The notes under the pieces are model-generated. The model saw only the letters and a program-made list of their open reading frames with translations, was not told the origin of the DNA and made no database searches. From the NCBI GenBank assembly GCA_938003855.1, contig CALKXD010000213.1, positions 33,722 to 97,721 on the forward strand: a DNA stretch of 64,000 nt, written 5' to 3'. Below, one piece after another: positions 45,015 to 55,291 of the stretch; position 1 is the stretch's first letter, and each line of letters begins with the position of its first letter. This DNA comes from an uncultured Granulosicoccaceae bacterium. Lineage in GTDB: Bacteria > Pseudomonadota > Gammaproteobacteria > Granulosicoccales > Granulosicoccaceae. The position numbers were made by a program, and so were the translations under genes.

Positions 45015-45472
45015 AGGGAAATTAACTTCTACGGTCCGGCAGATCAGCGCCGCTCGTTACACCTCATTATACCGGATTTAGCGGTCATTAAATGACAATG
45101 GCTTTAAATTCACCAATCAGCTTTCAGAGCAACCCCGGGCACAAAACAAACGGCCTGTATCAGCACAGCAGCAGATCGGACAACCTTCTTTGCGAAGCGT
45201 TCGCAGTTCTGTAAATCCGTGGCAGTTACAAGACTCTGGTGCTTCCGGGTACGGACTATTGCTACCGTGGCTCCCCAGAGTATGGCGGCAACGGCTTTCC
45301 ACGCGCCCGGTCATTATAACCGCCAGCGTGCAAAATCCGTCTGTCGTTGATGTAATCGCCCTGAGTACCGGGTGCCGGGCTGCGTTTGGCGCAGTATGAT
45401 TCTGCCCGCTTCCATCGGCCCGTGCCCAACGTCAAATGCCGGGAATCACCCGGCACAGCAGGTTGTCAGTGC

Positions 45473-46873
45473 CTAGCGGGTTTCCAGCCAATGCTGATGA
45501 GCAAGATCAATCCCGGCCCGTGCGCGGGTAAACAGATCGTCGATCTGCGCTTCAGTGATGATCAGTGGCGGCGACAATATCATCGCATCATCGACGGCGC
45601 GCATGATCAGACCATTATCCATACAACGGTCCCGGCAAAAGCCGCCTATAGAACCGTCGGTGCCAAACGTCCCATTGCCGGGTTTATCAGGAACCAGCTG
45701 AATAGCACCCAGCAACCCGATGCCGCGCACTTGTCCGACTAACGGATGTGCGCTGAGTTCTTGCAAGCGTTTTTGAAAGTACGGCGCAATGCGCTCACCG
45801 GTTGTCTCCACGATGCGCTCACGCTGCATCAGTTCAATGTTGGCCACCGCCGCGGCGGCACAGGCCGGATGACCGGAGTAAGTATACCCGTGATTAAACT
45901 CACCGCCCTGCTCTAGACCGGCTACCACGCGATCACTGACCACCACGCCGCCAATCGGCAGATACCCCGAGGATAGACCTTTCGCAATGGCCATCAGATC
46001 GGCGGTGATATTGAACTCATCGGAGCCAAACCATTTTCCGGTCCGGCCGAACCCACAGATGACTTCATCTGCGACCAACAGAATATCGTGTTTGGTGCAG
46101 ATTTTCTGTATCAACGGCCAGTAGGTTGCCGGAGGTACAATGACTCCGCCGGCGCCTTGCACCGGCTCGGCAATAAATGCCGCAACATTGCCCGCACCCA
46201 GCTCTAGGATTCTCTCTTCCAGTGCCAATGCAGCACGTTCTCCGAAGTCCTCTGGCGTTTCGTCGAAGCCGTTAACAAACCAGTGTGGCTGCATGATGTG
46301 CTGAATGTCGGCAATCGGTAATCCGCCCTGCTTATGCATGGGTTTCATGCCACCGAGGCTGGCACCTGCCATGGTGCTACCGTGATAGGCGTTCTCGCGA
46401 CTGATGATGATTTTTTTGTCCGGCTTGCCGAGTGCAGACCAGTAGTGGCGAACCATACGCACTACCGTGTCGTTTGCCTCTGACCCGGAGCTGCAGAAAA
46501 ACACCCGATTCAGATGCTCGGGGGTGAGCTCTGCGACCCGCGCCGCTAACTCAATAACCGGCGGATGGCTGGTCTGAAAAAAAGTGTTGTAATACGGCAA
46601 TTGCTGCATCTGCTGATACACCGCATCCATAATTTCGCGTCGACCATAGCCTGCATTAACACACCACAGCCCGGCCATACCATCGAGAAACTGGTTGCCA
46701 TCGGTATCCCACAGATGGACACCCTCAGCGCGTTCGATGACTCGCGTGCCCTTTTTATTCAGTGCCTGGGTATCGGTAAACGGATGCAGGTGATGCATGG
46801 CATCTAACTGCTGCAATGTTTCAGTTGATGTATTGTGCAAGCCTTCCAAAGGACTTCTCCGTAGCGTGGGCAA
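45473..46873 (-). CDS. class-III (omega) aminotransferase, putrescine/beta-alanine--pyruvate aminotransferase-like
   Basis: The blocks GLWCVNAGYGR, SGSEANDT, DEVICGFGRTGKWFG and AKGLSSGYLPIGG (PLP Lys) are present, and the size is 466 aa. Confidence 0.88.
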   Translation of the reverse strand: MPTLRRSPLEGLHNTSTETLQQLDAMHHLHPFTDTQALNKKGTRVIERAEGVHLWDTDGNQFLDGMAGLWCVNAGYGRREIMDAVYQQMQQLPYYNTFFQTSHPPVIELAARVAELTPEHLNRVFFCSSGSEANDTVVRMVRHYWSALGKPDKKIIISRENAYHGSTMAGASLGGMKPMHKQGGLPIADIQHIMQPHWFVNGFDETPEDFGERAALALEERILELGAGNVAAFIAEPVQGAGGVIVPPATYWPLIQKICTKHDILLVADEVICGFGRTGKWFGSDEFNITADLMAIAKGLSSGYLPIGGVVVSDRVVAGLEQGGEFNHGYTYSGHPACAAAAVANIELMQRERIVETTGERIAPYFQKRLQELSAHPLVGQVRGIGLLGAIQLVPDKPGNGTFGTDGSIGGFCRDRCMDNGLIMRAVDDAMILSPPLIITEAQIDDLFTRARAGIDLAHQHWLETR

Positions 46874-46951
46874 TATTCTGTGAGGTAGGTGATTAGCCGC
46901 CGGTCAGCCCCGGACAGCTTTGCCGGTTTTCGGCACGCGCCATTACAGATA

Positions 46952-47698
46952 CTAATCCAGCACTCCGACGCGCTGTTTAAAGTTTACGCCCGATATTGAC
47001 GCCTGCGCGGACAATGCCGCCACCGCACTAGCAATATCGTCAGAAAACGCAGCCACCGCAACACTGTAAGCCGCTACCATCGCAGAGTAGTTTTCTTCAG
47101 CGACCGGCACACGGTACTCGGTAATCCTGGTGTCAATCAACCGCGCTCGTTTCTCTCCGGTCAACACCTGCCAACGAATCTGCAGATAAACGTCACTGTT
47201 AACGGAACCGATCATCTGCAGCACATCAATTCGAACCTGATAGTCGATCTGATTGCCCAGCCACGGATAGGCATAGAGTTTATTCAGGCCAAGCCGCCCT
47301 GCAATATTGGTGATAACAACACGCGATATATTTTCTCGCAGCGGCTCACTCCAGCGATGATACTCGGCCACATTGAGCTGATTGCTGTCACGTGGTGTGA
47401 CAATATTCGGTCGATTGATCGTTTCAGGGATGGTGATCGGACCCACGCCGATCGCCAACCGGGCGAGTCTGTCAGCATCTGAGCGGGAACCACGCGATAC
47501 CGGCTCTGCTGCGGCCTCCGGTGTCAGCACGTAATAGTCCGGCAACGGCGTGTTAATGCAGCCAGCCCCGGCCATCGCAAGCACCATCACAGCGATACGC
47601 AACAGCCCATCAGAGAACAGGGGTTTCTTCATTTTGTCGTAATACTCAGGCAAAGCCACAGATCTGCTTATCATAGCCGGTTGATCCTTTGAGTTCAT
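46952..47698 (-). CDS. pqiC: PqiC-like ABC-transport auxiliary lipoprotein (DUF330)
   Basis: It has a lipobox (LAMAGAGC), lies immediately downstream of pqiB, and has the typical size. The start is ATG 47698 or ATG 47632 (MKKPLF...). Confidence 0.75.
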   Translation of the reverse strand: MNSKDQPAMISRSVALPEYYDKMKKPLFSDGLLRIAVMVLAMAGAGCINTPLPDYYVLTPEAAAEPVSRGSRSDADRLARLAIGVGPITIPETINRPNIVTPRDSNQLNVAEYHRWSEPLRENISRVVITNIAGRLGLNKLYAYPWLGNQIDYQVRIDVLQMIGSVNSDVYLQIRWQVLTGEKRARLIDTRITEYRVPVAEENYSAMVAAYSVAVAAFSDDIASAVAALSAQASISGVNFKQRVGVLD

Positions 47699-47729
47699 CG
47701 ATCAGTCAACCACCGGGGGGTTATCCCGA

Positions 47730-49451
47730 TTATTTGCCAAACAGGAACTCTTCCGGCTTTTTCTCGACCGACTCTGACACCGCGAGCACCGCCCGGGAGG
47801 CTGCCTGCAGATCTTTAAGCGTATTGAGCAGGTTGTAGTAAAGCGGAGAATCCGGCGCAATGCCTGCCATTGATTCGTCAGCAGTAGCAACAAACTCGCT
47901 CATTTGCGCGGAGAGACTGGTCAGCTCCCGACGCAGGTTTTTGCCGAGCGTTGCATACTCCACAATGGCTGAGTCGGCAGAGTCAAAGGTCCGGTCTACT
48001 CGCTCCGGCAAAGCCAGGTCATCGAACTGCCCCAACAGGGTATTGGCTCTGGCAACCGCCGAGTTAGCATTTTCGAACAGCTCCTGCAGCGGCAAGGCGT
48101 TGATTTTTGCCAATGCCTTTTGCACACCATCGGTCACCTGATCAAGATCAGACGCCACACTTGGCATAATCGAGATCCCCTCCGAATTCTGTGTGAGCGG
48201 ACCGCTAATCCCTTCGTTATAGACGTCGAGCGCGATATACAACTGCCCGGTCAGCAAGCTGCCGGTCTGAAGTTTGGCACGTAATCCATTGGCAATCGCG
48301 TCATTAATGATTTGAGAATCCTCAGTATCAACGAACTGAAAACCCTGCACCCGCTCGGGCTGAACCTCGATGTATACCGGTACGGCGACCGATTTACTGT
48401 CGGCATTGTAAGTCAGCTTTATATCCGTCACGCGCCCGATCTGCACACCGCGAAACTCAACCGGTGCTCCTCGCGATAACCCGCGTACCGATTCATCAAA
48501 ATAGACAACGTAACGATATTTACCAAGACTCACATCCTGTATCAACACCTCCGTCGCCGCCTCCTGGGAATCGTGCAGCAAAAACGCATAGCCGTCTTCG
48601 ACGGTCCTCGGGAATTCGTACTCATCAATGATATCGAAGGCAACGCCTCCTTGGGCGAGGCCTTCGAGTGATGGTGTTCGAACCTTAAAACCGCTGGAGT
48701 TTACTGTCAGATCGACGCCGCTGACATTCCAGAACTGCGTAGTGTTGCGGATAATCTTGTGATGTGGCGCTTCGACAAAAATCGTAAACTCCACTCCTTC
48801 ATAGTTATCCTGAAATCGCTGCGCTTCAATCTGTCCCACTTTGACCTGTCGAAAGTACACCGGCGACCCGACCCCGACGTAACCGGCTCGCTTGGCCTGT
48901 AGCTTAAGTCGCAGACCCGGCGCGTCTTCATCGGTCAGTGGAGGTTGCTCAAGCCCTGTAAAAGCAGTGACAACATCACCACCGAGAATTGAATTGACCT
49001 GTATGTAGGCTCCGGACAGCAGAGTCCCCAAACCCGACACACCGCTGGTGCCAACACGCGGCCGTACCACCCAGAATCGCGCATGCTCATTAAGGTAACG
49101 CTTTGAATCCACCGTCATTTTGGCGGTCACCACCACGGAATCCAGCCCCTCGCTGAGGCGGATTTTATCGACAACCCCGATATTCACATCGCGATATCGG
49201 ATGGGGGTTTTACCGGCAATCAACCCCTCGGCACTGGCAAACTGAATCTCTATTACCGGCCCTTGCTTCTGGAAAAAAGTAAACGCCAGATAAAGCCCTA
49301 ACGCCGCAGCAAGCACCGGAGCAAGCCAGAAAACTGAAATTCTCTGACTACGCCGCGGCCGTTCAATATTCGGTCGCGCCGCCTCGACGTCGTAACTGCG
49401 CTGCCGGTAGTGGCTGGAGGCATTTTTTGGTCGTCTGAAACGCTCGTTCAC
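47730..49451 (-). CDS. pqiB: PqiB-like intermembrane transport protein (multiple MCE domains)
   Basis: An N-terminal TM helix (ISVFWLAPVLAAALGLYLAF) is followed by repeated MCE-type blocks (G.PVRYRGV.IG.V-like: PIRYRDVNIGVV, PVYFRQVKVGQI, PVEFRGVQIGRV). It lies downstream of the pqiA genes. Confidence 0.88.
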   Translation of the reverse strand: MNERFRRPKNASSHYRQRSYDVEAARPNIERPRRSQRISVFWLAPVLAAALGLYLAFTFFQKQGPVIEIQFASAEGLIAGKTPIRYRDVNIGVVDKIRLSEGLDSVVVTAKMTVDSKRYLNEHARFWVVRPRVGTSGVSGLGTLLSGAYIQVNSILGGDVVTAFTGLEQPPLTDEDAPGLRLKLQAKRAGYVGVGSPVYFRQVKVGQIEAQRFQDNYEGVEFTIFVEAPHHKIIRNTTQFWNVSGVDLTVNSSGFKVRTPSLEGLAQGGVAFDIIDEYEFPRTVEDGYAFLLHDSQEAATEVLIQDVSLGKYRYVVYFDESVRGLSRGAPVEFRGVQIGRVTDIKLTYNADSKSVAVPVYIEVQPERVQGFQFVDTEDSQIINDAIANGLRAKLQTGSLLTGQLYIALDVYNEGISGPLTQNSEGISIMPSVASDLDQVTDGVQKALAKINALPLQELFENANSAVARANTLLGQFDDLALPERVDRTFDSADSAIVEYATLGKNLRRELTSLSAQMSEFVATADESMAGIAPDSPLYYNLLNTLKDLQAASRAVLAVSESVEKKPEEFLFGK

Positions 49452-49457
49452 AGTGGA

Positions 49458-50063
49458 TCAGTCCCAGATCAAGCGGGAGTCTAAGGAGATAGCGGACAGC
49501 ATGGTGAAGATGACTGACGCACCAAACGCGGTAGCCCCGACGCCGGGTTCGATCTGTGCCACAGAGCCAACCTGTACCAACGCGGCTAGAATGGCCACCA
49601 CAAACACATCAATCATCGACCAGCGACCGATAAATTCAGTCAGTCGAAATAATCGCGTGCGATCGTATTGTCGCTGGCGGTATTTACTCTGTATGGAAAT
49701 CAACAAATAGCCAACCGCAAAAAATTTTAGAACAGGCACCACAACACTTGCCACAAAGACCACCAGCGCCACCGGATAGGATTTAAGTTCCAGTAGCACC
49801 AGAATTCCGCCGAAAATAGTGTTGGGTTGAGAATCCCCAAACACTGAGGTAAACATGATCGGATAAATATTGGCCGGAATGTAAGCCAATAATCCAGCCA
49901 ACAACCATGCCCACGAGCGCTGCACACTCATTGGCTTGCGCGAGTGTAATCGTGCGTAGCACAACTGACACTGTGGCGGCGTCAGTAACCCTTCCGCAGA
50001 CAACCGGGTAATCGTACCGCAGGCAGGACAGGCAACCAGACCGCATTCAGCCGCAGTTTTCAT
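49458..50063 (-). CDS. pqiA: paraquat-inducible protein A family protein (second half-size PqiA)
   Basis: It has the zinc-ribbon-like motif CPACG...CQLC followed by four hydrophobic helices. Its start overlaps the upstream half-gene stop (ATGA at 50060-50063). Confidence 0.85.
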   Translation of the reverse strand: MKTAAECGLVACPACGTITRLSAEGLLTPPQCQLCYARLHSRKPMSVQRSWAWLLAGLLAYIPANIYPIMFTSVFGDSQPNTIFGGILVLLELKSYPVALVVFVASVVVPVLKFFAVGYLLISIQSKYRQRQYDRTRLFRLTEFIGRWSMIDVFVVAILAALVQVGSVAQIEPGVGATAFGASVIFTMLSAISLDSRLIWD

Positions 50064-50782
50064 GACACTCCACGGTCTACAGGTCCGTTATCCCGGGCGC
50101 TCAATATCGCTAACCGGCCACCACGGGAGTGGCTGATAAATTCCCACAGTGTGTGGTTATCAACCATTTGAGCAGCAACCGCCGCAAGAATGTTCAGCAC
50201 AGCAAACGCCCAGAAAGACAGTCCAAGAATAATATTCGCCATTGATGCCAGTTTGACTAAAGCCACAATCGCACCGAGCAGATAGATTTCCATCATGCTC
50301 CAGGGCGAAAGACTCACAATGCCTCGAAAGACCAGTTCAATACCCGGCAACCGTTTGCCAGCGCGAAGCGGCAACAATATGTACAACAGCCCCACCACCC
50401 GCAATAACGGGATCAAAATGATAAATCCGAAGCACAGTAAACCCAGCAGCCACATACCCTCGTCCGACAACGCAAACACCGCAGAGATAATCGAAATACT
50501 TTGCGTGTTACCGGAGACACTGATGGCCAGAAACGGAAACGAATTTGCCACCACAAACATAATCAACGCCGCCACACTCACCGCCAGCGTGCGGTCTATG
50601 CTGTTGTATTTTCTGGCGTACAGAAACGCATTACAGCGAATACAGCGGGCCACCGCACCGACCGGCAGGTCGTGTTTTTCATGCAGCAGATCGCACTCGT
50701 GACAAGCAACCAACGACAATAGCAGCGTATCGACTCGCGTACGCGCAGTCGGCGGATGTTCAGAGTCGTTCATTGCCGGCAA
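50060..50782 (-). CDS. pqiA: paraquat-inducible protein A family protein (first half-size PqiA)
   Basis: It has CHECD...CIRCN followed by hydrophobic helices, and is paralogous to the downstream half. Confidence 0.85.
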   Translation of the reverse strand: MPAMNDSEHPPTARTRVDTLLLSLVACHECDLLHEKHDLPVGAVARCIRCNAFLYARKYNSIDRTLAVSVAALIMFVVANSFPFLAISVSGNTQSISIISAVFALSDEGMWLLGLLCFGFIILIPLLRVVGLLYILLPLRAGKRLPGIELVFRGIVSLSPWSMMEIYLLGAIVALVKLASMANIILGLSFWAFAVLNILAAVAAQMVDNHTLWEFISHSRGGRLAILSARDNGPVDRGVS

Positions 50783-51086
50783 TTCCGGTAGTTGTCAGTC
50801 AATTTGGTATCCAGCACTCGCCGACAGTCAGGCCCCCAGTCGTTTGACATCACAAGAAGCAATCGCGTTGACGTCGCCGGCGGTCGTAACCACCGATGCG
50901 TCGAAACCATCCACCAACACCCGCTGGTTGTGCGCTGAGCAATAGATTGGCGTGTGCATCCCAACAACCTTGGCAAGAACGCGGCCAGAATCTGCCGTCG
51001 CCGGGAAAGGCGATGCTAATCAATAGTCGCGGGCCACTTTGCGACAGCGGCCGTTGGCTAACGACCGGGCAGTCCGGCTTGGAGTA

Positions 51087-51773
51087 TCACGCTTTTAGAT
51101 AAGCCAGATCAAAGACCTCATGACCCAGTCGACGACCGCGTTGCTCAAACCTGGTAGTCGGCCGACTGGCAGTAATACTGGAAAGACGTGGCTCATCGTG
51201 AACGCGTTCAAAACCCTCGCAGTCGGCAAGCGCCTGCTCCATGTGAATGGCGTAGGACTCCCAGTCCGTGGCCATATGCAGTACCGCACGATCGGTCATC
51301 AGCGGCAGAAGCAGTTTAATAAACTCGGCGTTGACGATCCGCCGCTTGTGATGCCGTGTCTTGTGCCACGGATCCGGAAAATACAGATTCAGACGATCAA
51401 TGCTGGTGTATTCGATGTGCTTTTCAAGCAATTCCAAAGCATCATAGCGAATCAATCGGACGTTGCTTAACTCGCGACTGGCAATTTCACCAAGCGCGTG
51501 CCCGACCCCGGGTAAATGAACCTCCACGCCTAGAAAATTTATTTCAGGGTTGGCCTCAGCCATCTGTGCCAGCGCTTCGCCGTTGCCAAAACCGATTTCC
51601 ATCCAGACAGGTGCGACGCGCTCGAACGATTGGTTCAAGTTGAATTTAGCAGCACCAACTTCGAGTCCGAATTGAGTCCAGTGCAGATCGAGGCTGCGCT
51701 GCTGCCCTTCGGTTAACCTGCCCTGACGCAAAACAAAAGTGCGGATAGAGCGTCTACTTAGTGTGGTTCCCAT
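51087..51773 (-). CDS. trmB: tRNA (guanine46-N7)-methyltransferase
   Basis: The blocks EIGFGNGE (SAM binding), FPDPWHKTRHHKRR and MATDWESY are present. Confidence 0.92.
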   Translation of the reverse strand: MGTTLSRRSIRTFVLRQGRLTEGQQRSLDLHWTQFGLEVGAAKFNLNQSFERVAPVWMEIGFGNGEALAQMAEANPEINFLGVEVHLPGVGHALGEIASRELSNVRLIRYDALELLEKHIEYTSIDRLNLYFPDPWHKTRHHKRRIVNAEFIKLLLPLMTDRAVLHMATDWESYAIHMEQALADCEGFERVHDEPRLSSITASRPTTRFEQRGRRLGHEVFDLAYLKA

Positions 51774-52332
51774 AGATGAATGTCGCGTGCCTGAGCTTAA
51801 AGGTTAGGGTGGGTGTCCTATTTTACGTGGAAAAGCCGCACAGTTGCATGCATTAAGTATCAACACCGCAACGCGCTGGAGCCTGCGGTTACTAATTCCG
51901 CAACGCTGGTAGACCTCGATTTTTTTCTTTCTGCAACAAAGCAGTGATGGTCATCTTAGGGGATCAACTATATACTCAGAACAGTGGAGGTCGCTTTTGT
52001 TTGCACGGCCAATGGCACTTGCCTGTTCGGCTAATGTCGCCGTCTTCTCACCGGTTTCACCTGCTCGATCATTCGCGTTTTAAAAAAGTGAATCGATTTT
52101 TGCACCACTAGCTGTATCCAGCTTTTTAGTCATTCCATTGGCGATCCCCCGGGCATTGTCAGGACTATGGCACTTGCCTGCGTGCCGCTGGGAGTTCATC
52201 AGAAAAAATCGATGCCTGACTTTTTCTGCGTTTGACCGCCGTACACATTAATACACCGCCAGACTGAGACTCTCGGAGACCACCTCTGAATCAGGCCGGG
52301 CAGAAAATAAAGAGGTCATTAGCCCGAACACT

Positions 52333-54195
52333 ATGAATGAAGCCAGCGCACTCACCTCAGAAATTATCCTTGTGTTGGGCTTGCTTTCATTTACGGTTTA
52401 TCTGTTCGTCTCTGAAGTAGTGCGTATCGATGTGGCGGCCATCACCATCATGGTGTTACTCGGCCTTACCACCATGATCCCCGGCCTCACCCCCGTCATC
52501 AGCACCACCGAGTTATTCGACGGCTTCTCGAGCAACGCAGTCATGTCGATCATTGCGGTGATGATTATCGGCGCCGGTCTCGACAAAACCGGCATTATGA
52601 GTCGGGTGGCAAACTGGATATTGCGCAAAGGCGGCTCAACCGAAGCACGCGTCACCCCGCTGATCTCCGGTACCGTCGGCATCATTTCCAGCTTTATGCA
52701 AAACGTCGGTGCCGCAGCGCTGTTCCTGCCGGTTGTCAGCAGAATCAGTCGCCGTACCAATATCCCGATGTCGCGCATGCTGATGCCAATGGGATTTTGC
52801 GCCATCCTCGGCGGCACCGTTACCATGGTAGGTTCAAGCCCGCTGATTCTGCTAAACGATCTGCTGCTGTCTTCAAACAAGGCGCTTCCGGCCGAGAACC
52901 AAATGCAGACGTTCGGCCTGTTCGATGTCACTCCAATCGGACTCGCCTTAATCACGACAGGTATCCTGTTTTTTGTTTTGTTCGGACGCTGGGTACTACC
53001 TGACGTTAAAGGCGAAAAACAAAAAGAAACCACCACCCGCACTGCTGATTACTTCCAGCGTGTTTACGGTATTACCGGTGAGTTGTTCGAGCTGCAGGCC
53101 ACTATAGACAGTCCACTGGTCGGTATGACCATCATGCAGATAGAGCGCACGCTTGAAAACGTCCCTTTTGTACTGGCCGTGCGCAACGGTGAAGATGTCA
53201 CCGTTGTCCCGGATGGCAAAGAGGTCATTTGGGTAAACAGCTACGTCGGCGTGCTGAGTAACAAACGGCAGTTGGTCAAATTTGCACGTCAATACAAAAT
53301 GCGTATTGTAAAAAGCGAAAACCACTTTGCCAGTGTCATGAATGCCCAGGAAACCGGCATCGCCGAGATCGTCATACCACCGGGCTCTTCACTGGTTGGC
53401 CAAAGCCTCAACGACTTACAACTGCGTCGCAACGACGGGCTGCATATTCTGCGTATTTACCGTGCCGGCTACACGCTCGATAAATCCATACGCGATGAAC
53501 CACTGCAGGGTGGTGATACGCTGGTCGTGCACACATCATGGCGCAACCTGAAAAAACTGCGTAACAACGAAGACTACGCCGTAGTGACAGATCACGTCGA
53601 CGAAGAACTGCGGCCGAACAAAATCCGGCCGGCGTTGATTTTCTTTGCCATTGCACTATCTCTGGTGCTGTTTTCCGAGCTGCGCTTATCGGTTTCTCTG
53701 CTGGTCGGGGCGATGGGCATGGTGCTGGCCGGGGTACTGACAATGGACGAGGCATATCGAGCGGTCAGCTGGAAAACCGTGTTTCTGCTCGCCAGCCTCA
53801 TCCCTCTGGGTCTGGCCGTAGAGAAGTCTGGCGCGGCAGCCTGGATTGCCGCACAGACACTTCTAGTACTAGGCGATGTTCCGATCTGGCTGTTGCAGGC
53901 CGTCATTGCGGTGCTGTCGACTATGTTCACACTGGTGATGTCGAACATCGGTGCCACGGTGTTGCTGGTTCCGCTGGCCGTTAACATCGCCGTTGGTGCC
54001 GGCGCTGACCCGGCCATATTCGCGCTGACCGTTGCAATTGCCACATCGAACTCATTCATTATCCCGACCCATCAGGTCAACGCTCTGATCATGGGTCCGG
54101 CGGGCTATCGGGTGATCGATTTCATGCGTGCCGGTACATTCATGACGATCCTTTTCCTGATCGTCAGTCTGCTGATGATCAATCTGGTTTTCTAG
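52333..54195 (+). CDS. SLC13/DASS family permease with two internal TrkA-C (RCK_C) domains
   Basis: Multiple TM segments flank a ~200-aa soluble insert with two RCK_C-like repeats (IDSPLVGMTIMQIE..., VIPPGSSLVGQSLNDLQLRR...). The overall size is 620 aa. Confidence 0.85.
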   Translation: MNEASALTSEIILVLGLLSFTVYLFVSEVVRIDVAAITIMVLLGLTTMIPGLTPVISTTELFDGFSSNAVMSIIAVMIIGAGLDKTGIMSRVANWILRKGGSTEARVTPLISGTVGIISSFMQNVGAAALFLPVVSRISRRTNIPMSRMLMPMGFCAILGGTVTMVGSSPLILLNDLLLSSNKALPAENQMQTFGLFDVTPIGLALITTGILFFVLFGRWVLPDVKGEKQKETTTRTADYFQRVYGITGELFELQATIDSPLVGMTIMQIERTLENVPFVLAVRNGEDVTVVPDGKEVIWVNSYVGVLSNKRQLVKFARQYKMRIVKSENHFASVMNAQETGIAEIVIPPGSSLVGQSLNDLQLRRNDGLHILRIYRAGYTLDKSIRDEPLQGGDTLVVHTSWRNLKKLRNNEDYAVVTDHVDEELRPNKIRPALIFFAIALSLVLFSELRLSVSLLVGAMGMVLAGVLTMDEAYRAVSWKTVFLLASLIPLGLAVEKSGAAAWIAAQTLLVLGDVPIWLLQAVIAVLSTMFTLVMSNIGATVLLVPLAVNIAVGAGADPAIFALTVAIATSNSFIIPTHQVNALIMGPAGYRVIDFMRAGTFMTILFLIVSLLMINLVF

Positions 54196-54253
54196 AATAC
54201 CCCGGCGATGATAGGGTGCCGGATACTGATCTGCGAACACGGTCCCTCGACTC

Positions 54254-55291
54254 ATGCAATACCGGCAACTCGGCAACACCAGGGTAAGCGCAATCTGCCT
54301 GGGCACAATGACCTACGGCACGCAGAACACTGAAGCGGAAGCGCATGGCCAACTCGACTACGCGCTGGAGCGTGGCATCAATTTTATCGACACCGCCGAG
54401 CTTTACCCCTCCCCGGTCACCGCCGACACCTACTCCCTCACCGAAACCATAGTCGGCCGCTGGTTACAGCATCAGGATAGGTCATCTGTTGTTGTTGCCA
54501 GCAAAGTGGTTGGACCGGCACCGAAAAAATGGATCGGTCATATACGCAACGGACCCCAACTCAACGCAGAACAAATAGAACAGGCACTCAACGAGAGTCT
54601 GCGCCGCCTGCGCACGGATTACCTCGATTTGTACCAGATCCACTGGCCGGCCAGAAACACAAACTATTTCGGCAAATCCGGCTACGAGTACGGACGCGAC
54701 AAACATGACTCCCCTATCGAAGACACGGTTGAGGTACTGGCAAAACTGGTGGCCAGCGGCAAGGTACGTCAGATCGGGGTATCCAACGAAACCCCATGGG
54801 GATTGCATCGTTACCTGAGCGCGGCTGATCAGCTATCCGTGCCTGCTATTGTCTCGATACAAAATCCGTATTGCCTGCTGAACCGCAGCTATGAAACAGG
54901 ACTGGCCGAATTTGCCCACCGTTCAAAGGTTGGCTTGCTGGCCTACTCGCCGCTGGCCGGCGGTACACTGTCCGGCAAATACCTCAAGGGTCAACAGCCC
55001 GCAGGGGCGCGGCTGACCCTGCACGCAAACTATTTCTACCGCTACACCACCGCACACGCAGTAGCCGCCATCAGCGAGTACGTCGACATTGCCAACACAC
55101 ACCGGATCGACCCGGCGACGATGGCACTGGCATTTGTTAACCAGCAGCCGTTTGTCACCTCAACGATCATTGGCGCTACCAGACTCGAACAACTAAAAGC
55201 TAACATAGACAGTATTACCACCACCCTCGATGCCGACATCATCAAGCAGATAAACAATGTTCATCAACGGCGCCCCAACCCGTGCCCCTGA
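54254..55291 (+). CDS. tas: NADP(H)-dependent aldo-keto reductase, Tas-like
   Basis: The N-terminus MQYRQLGNTRVSAICLGTMTYGTQNTEAEAHGQLDYALERGINFIDTAELYP parallels E. coli Tas. The blocks DLYQIHWP and IGVSNETPWG are also present. Confidence 0.85.
   Translation: MQYRQLGNTRVSAICLGTMTYGTQNTEAEAHGQLDYALERGINFIDTAELYPSPVTADTYSLTETIVGRWLQHQDRSSVVVASKVVGPAPKKWIGHIRNGPQLNAEQIEQALNESLRRLRTDYLDLYQIHWPARNTNYFGKSGYEYGRDKHDSPIEDTVEVLAKLVASGKVRQIGVSNETPWGLHRYLSAADQLSVPAIVSIQNPYCLLNRSYETGLAEFAHRSKVGLLAYSPLAGGTLSGKYLKGQQPAGARLTLHANYFYRYTTAHAVAAISEYVDIANTHRIDPATMALAFVNQQPFVTSTIIGATRLEQLKANIDSITTTLDADIIKQINNVHQRRPNPCP

Noticed and set aside
45015-45472. This 458-nt gap between the esterase array and the aminotransferase gene contains a 65-codon Cys-rich minus-strand ORF (45117..45314, ...CNCHGFTELRTLRKEGCPICCCADTGRLFCARGC). 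An overlapping 64-codon ORF (45262..45456) has a vaguely protein-like segment (WKRAESYCAKRSPAPGTQGDYINDRRILHAGGYN).
   Set aside because: There is no signal peptide, no ribosome-binding site and no recognisable family. The frames overlap each other. Cys/Arg-rich short ORFs are common by chance at this GC content. It may be a decayed gene, but I cannot support a call; blastx would decide.
50783-51086. This 300-nt gap upstream of pqiA contains a short minus-strand frame with a protein-like translation (...RVLAKVVGMHTPIYCSAHNQRVLVDGFDASVVTTAGDVNAIASCDVKRLGA, stop at 50828). I considered a thiS/thiG-type remnant because thiS-thiG often precedes trmB.
   Set aside because: Only 43 codons follow the sole ATG. 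There is no C-terminal GG as in ThiS and no motif that I can place. The evidence is insufficient.
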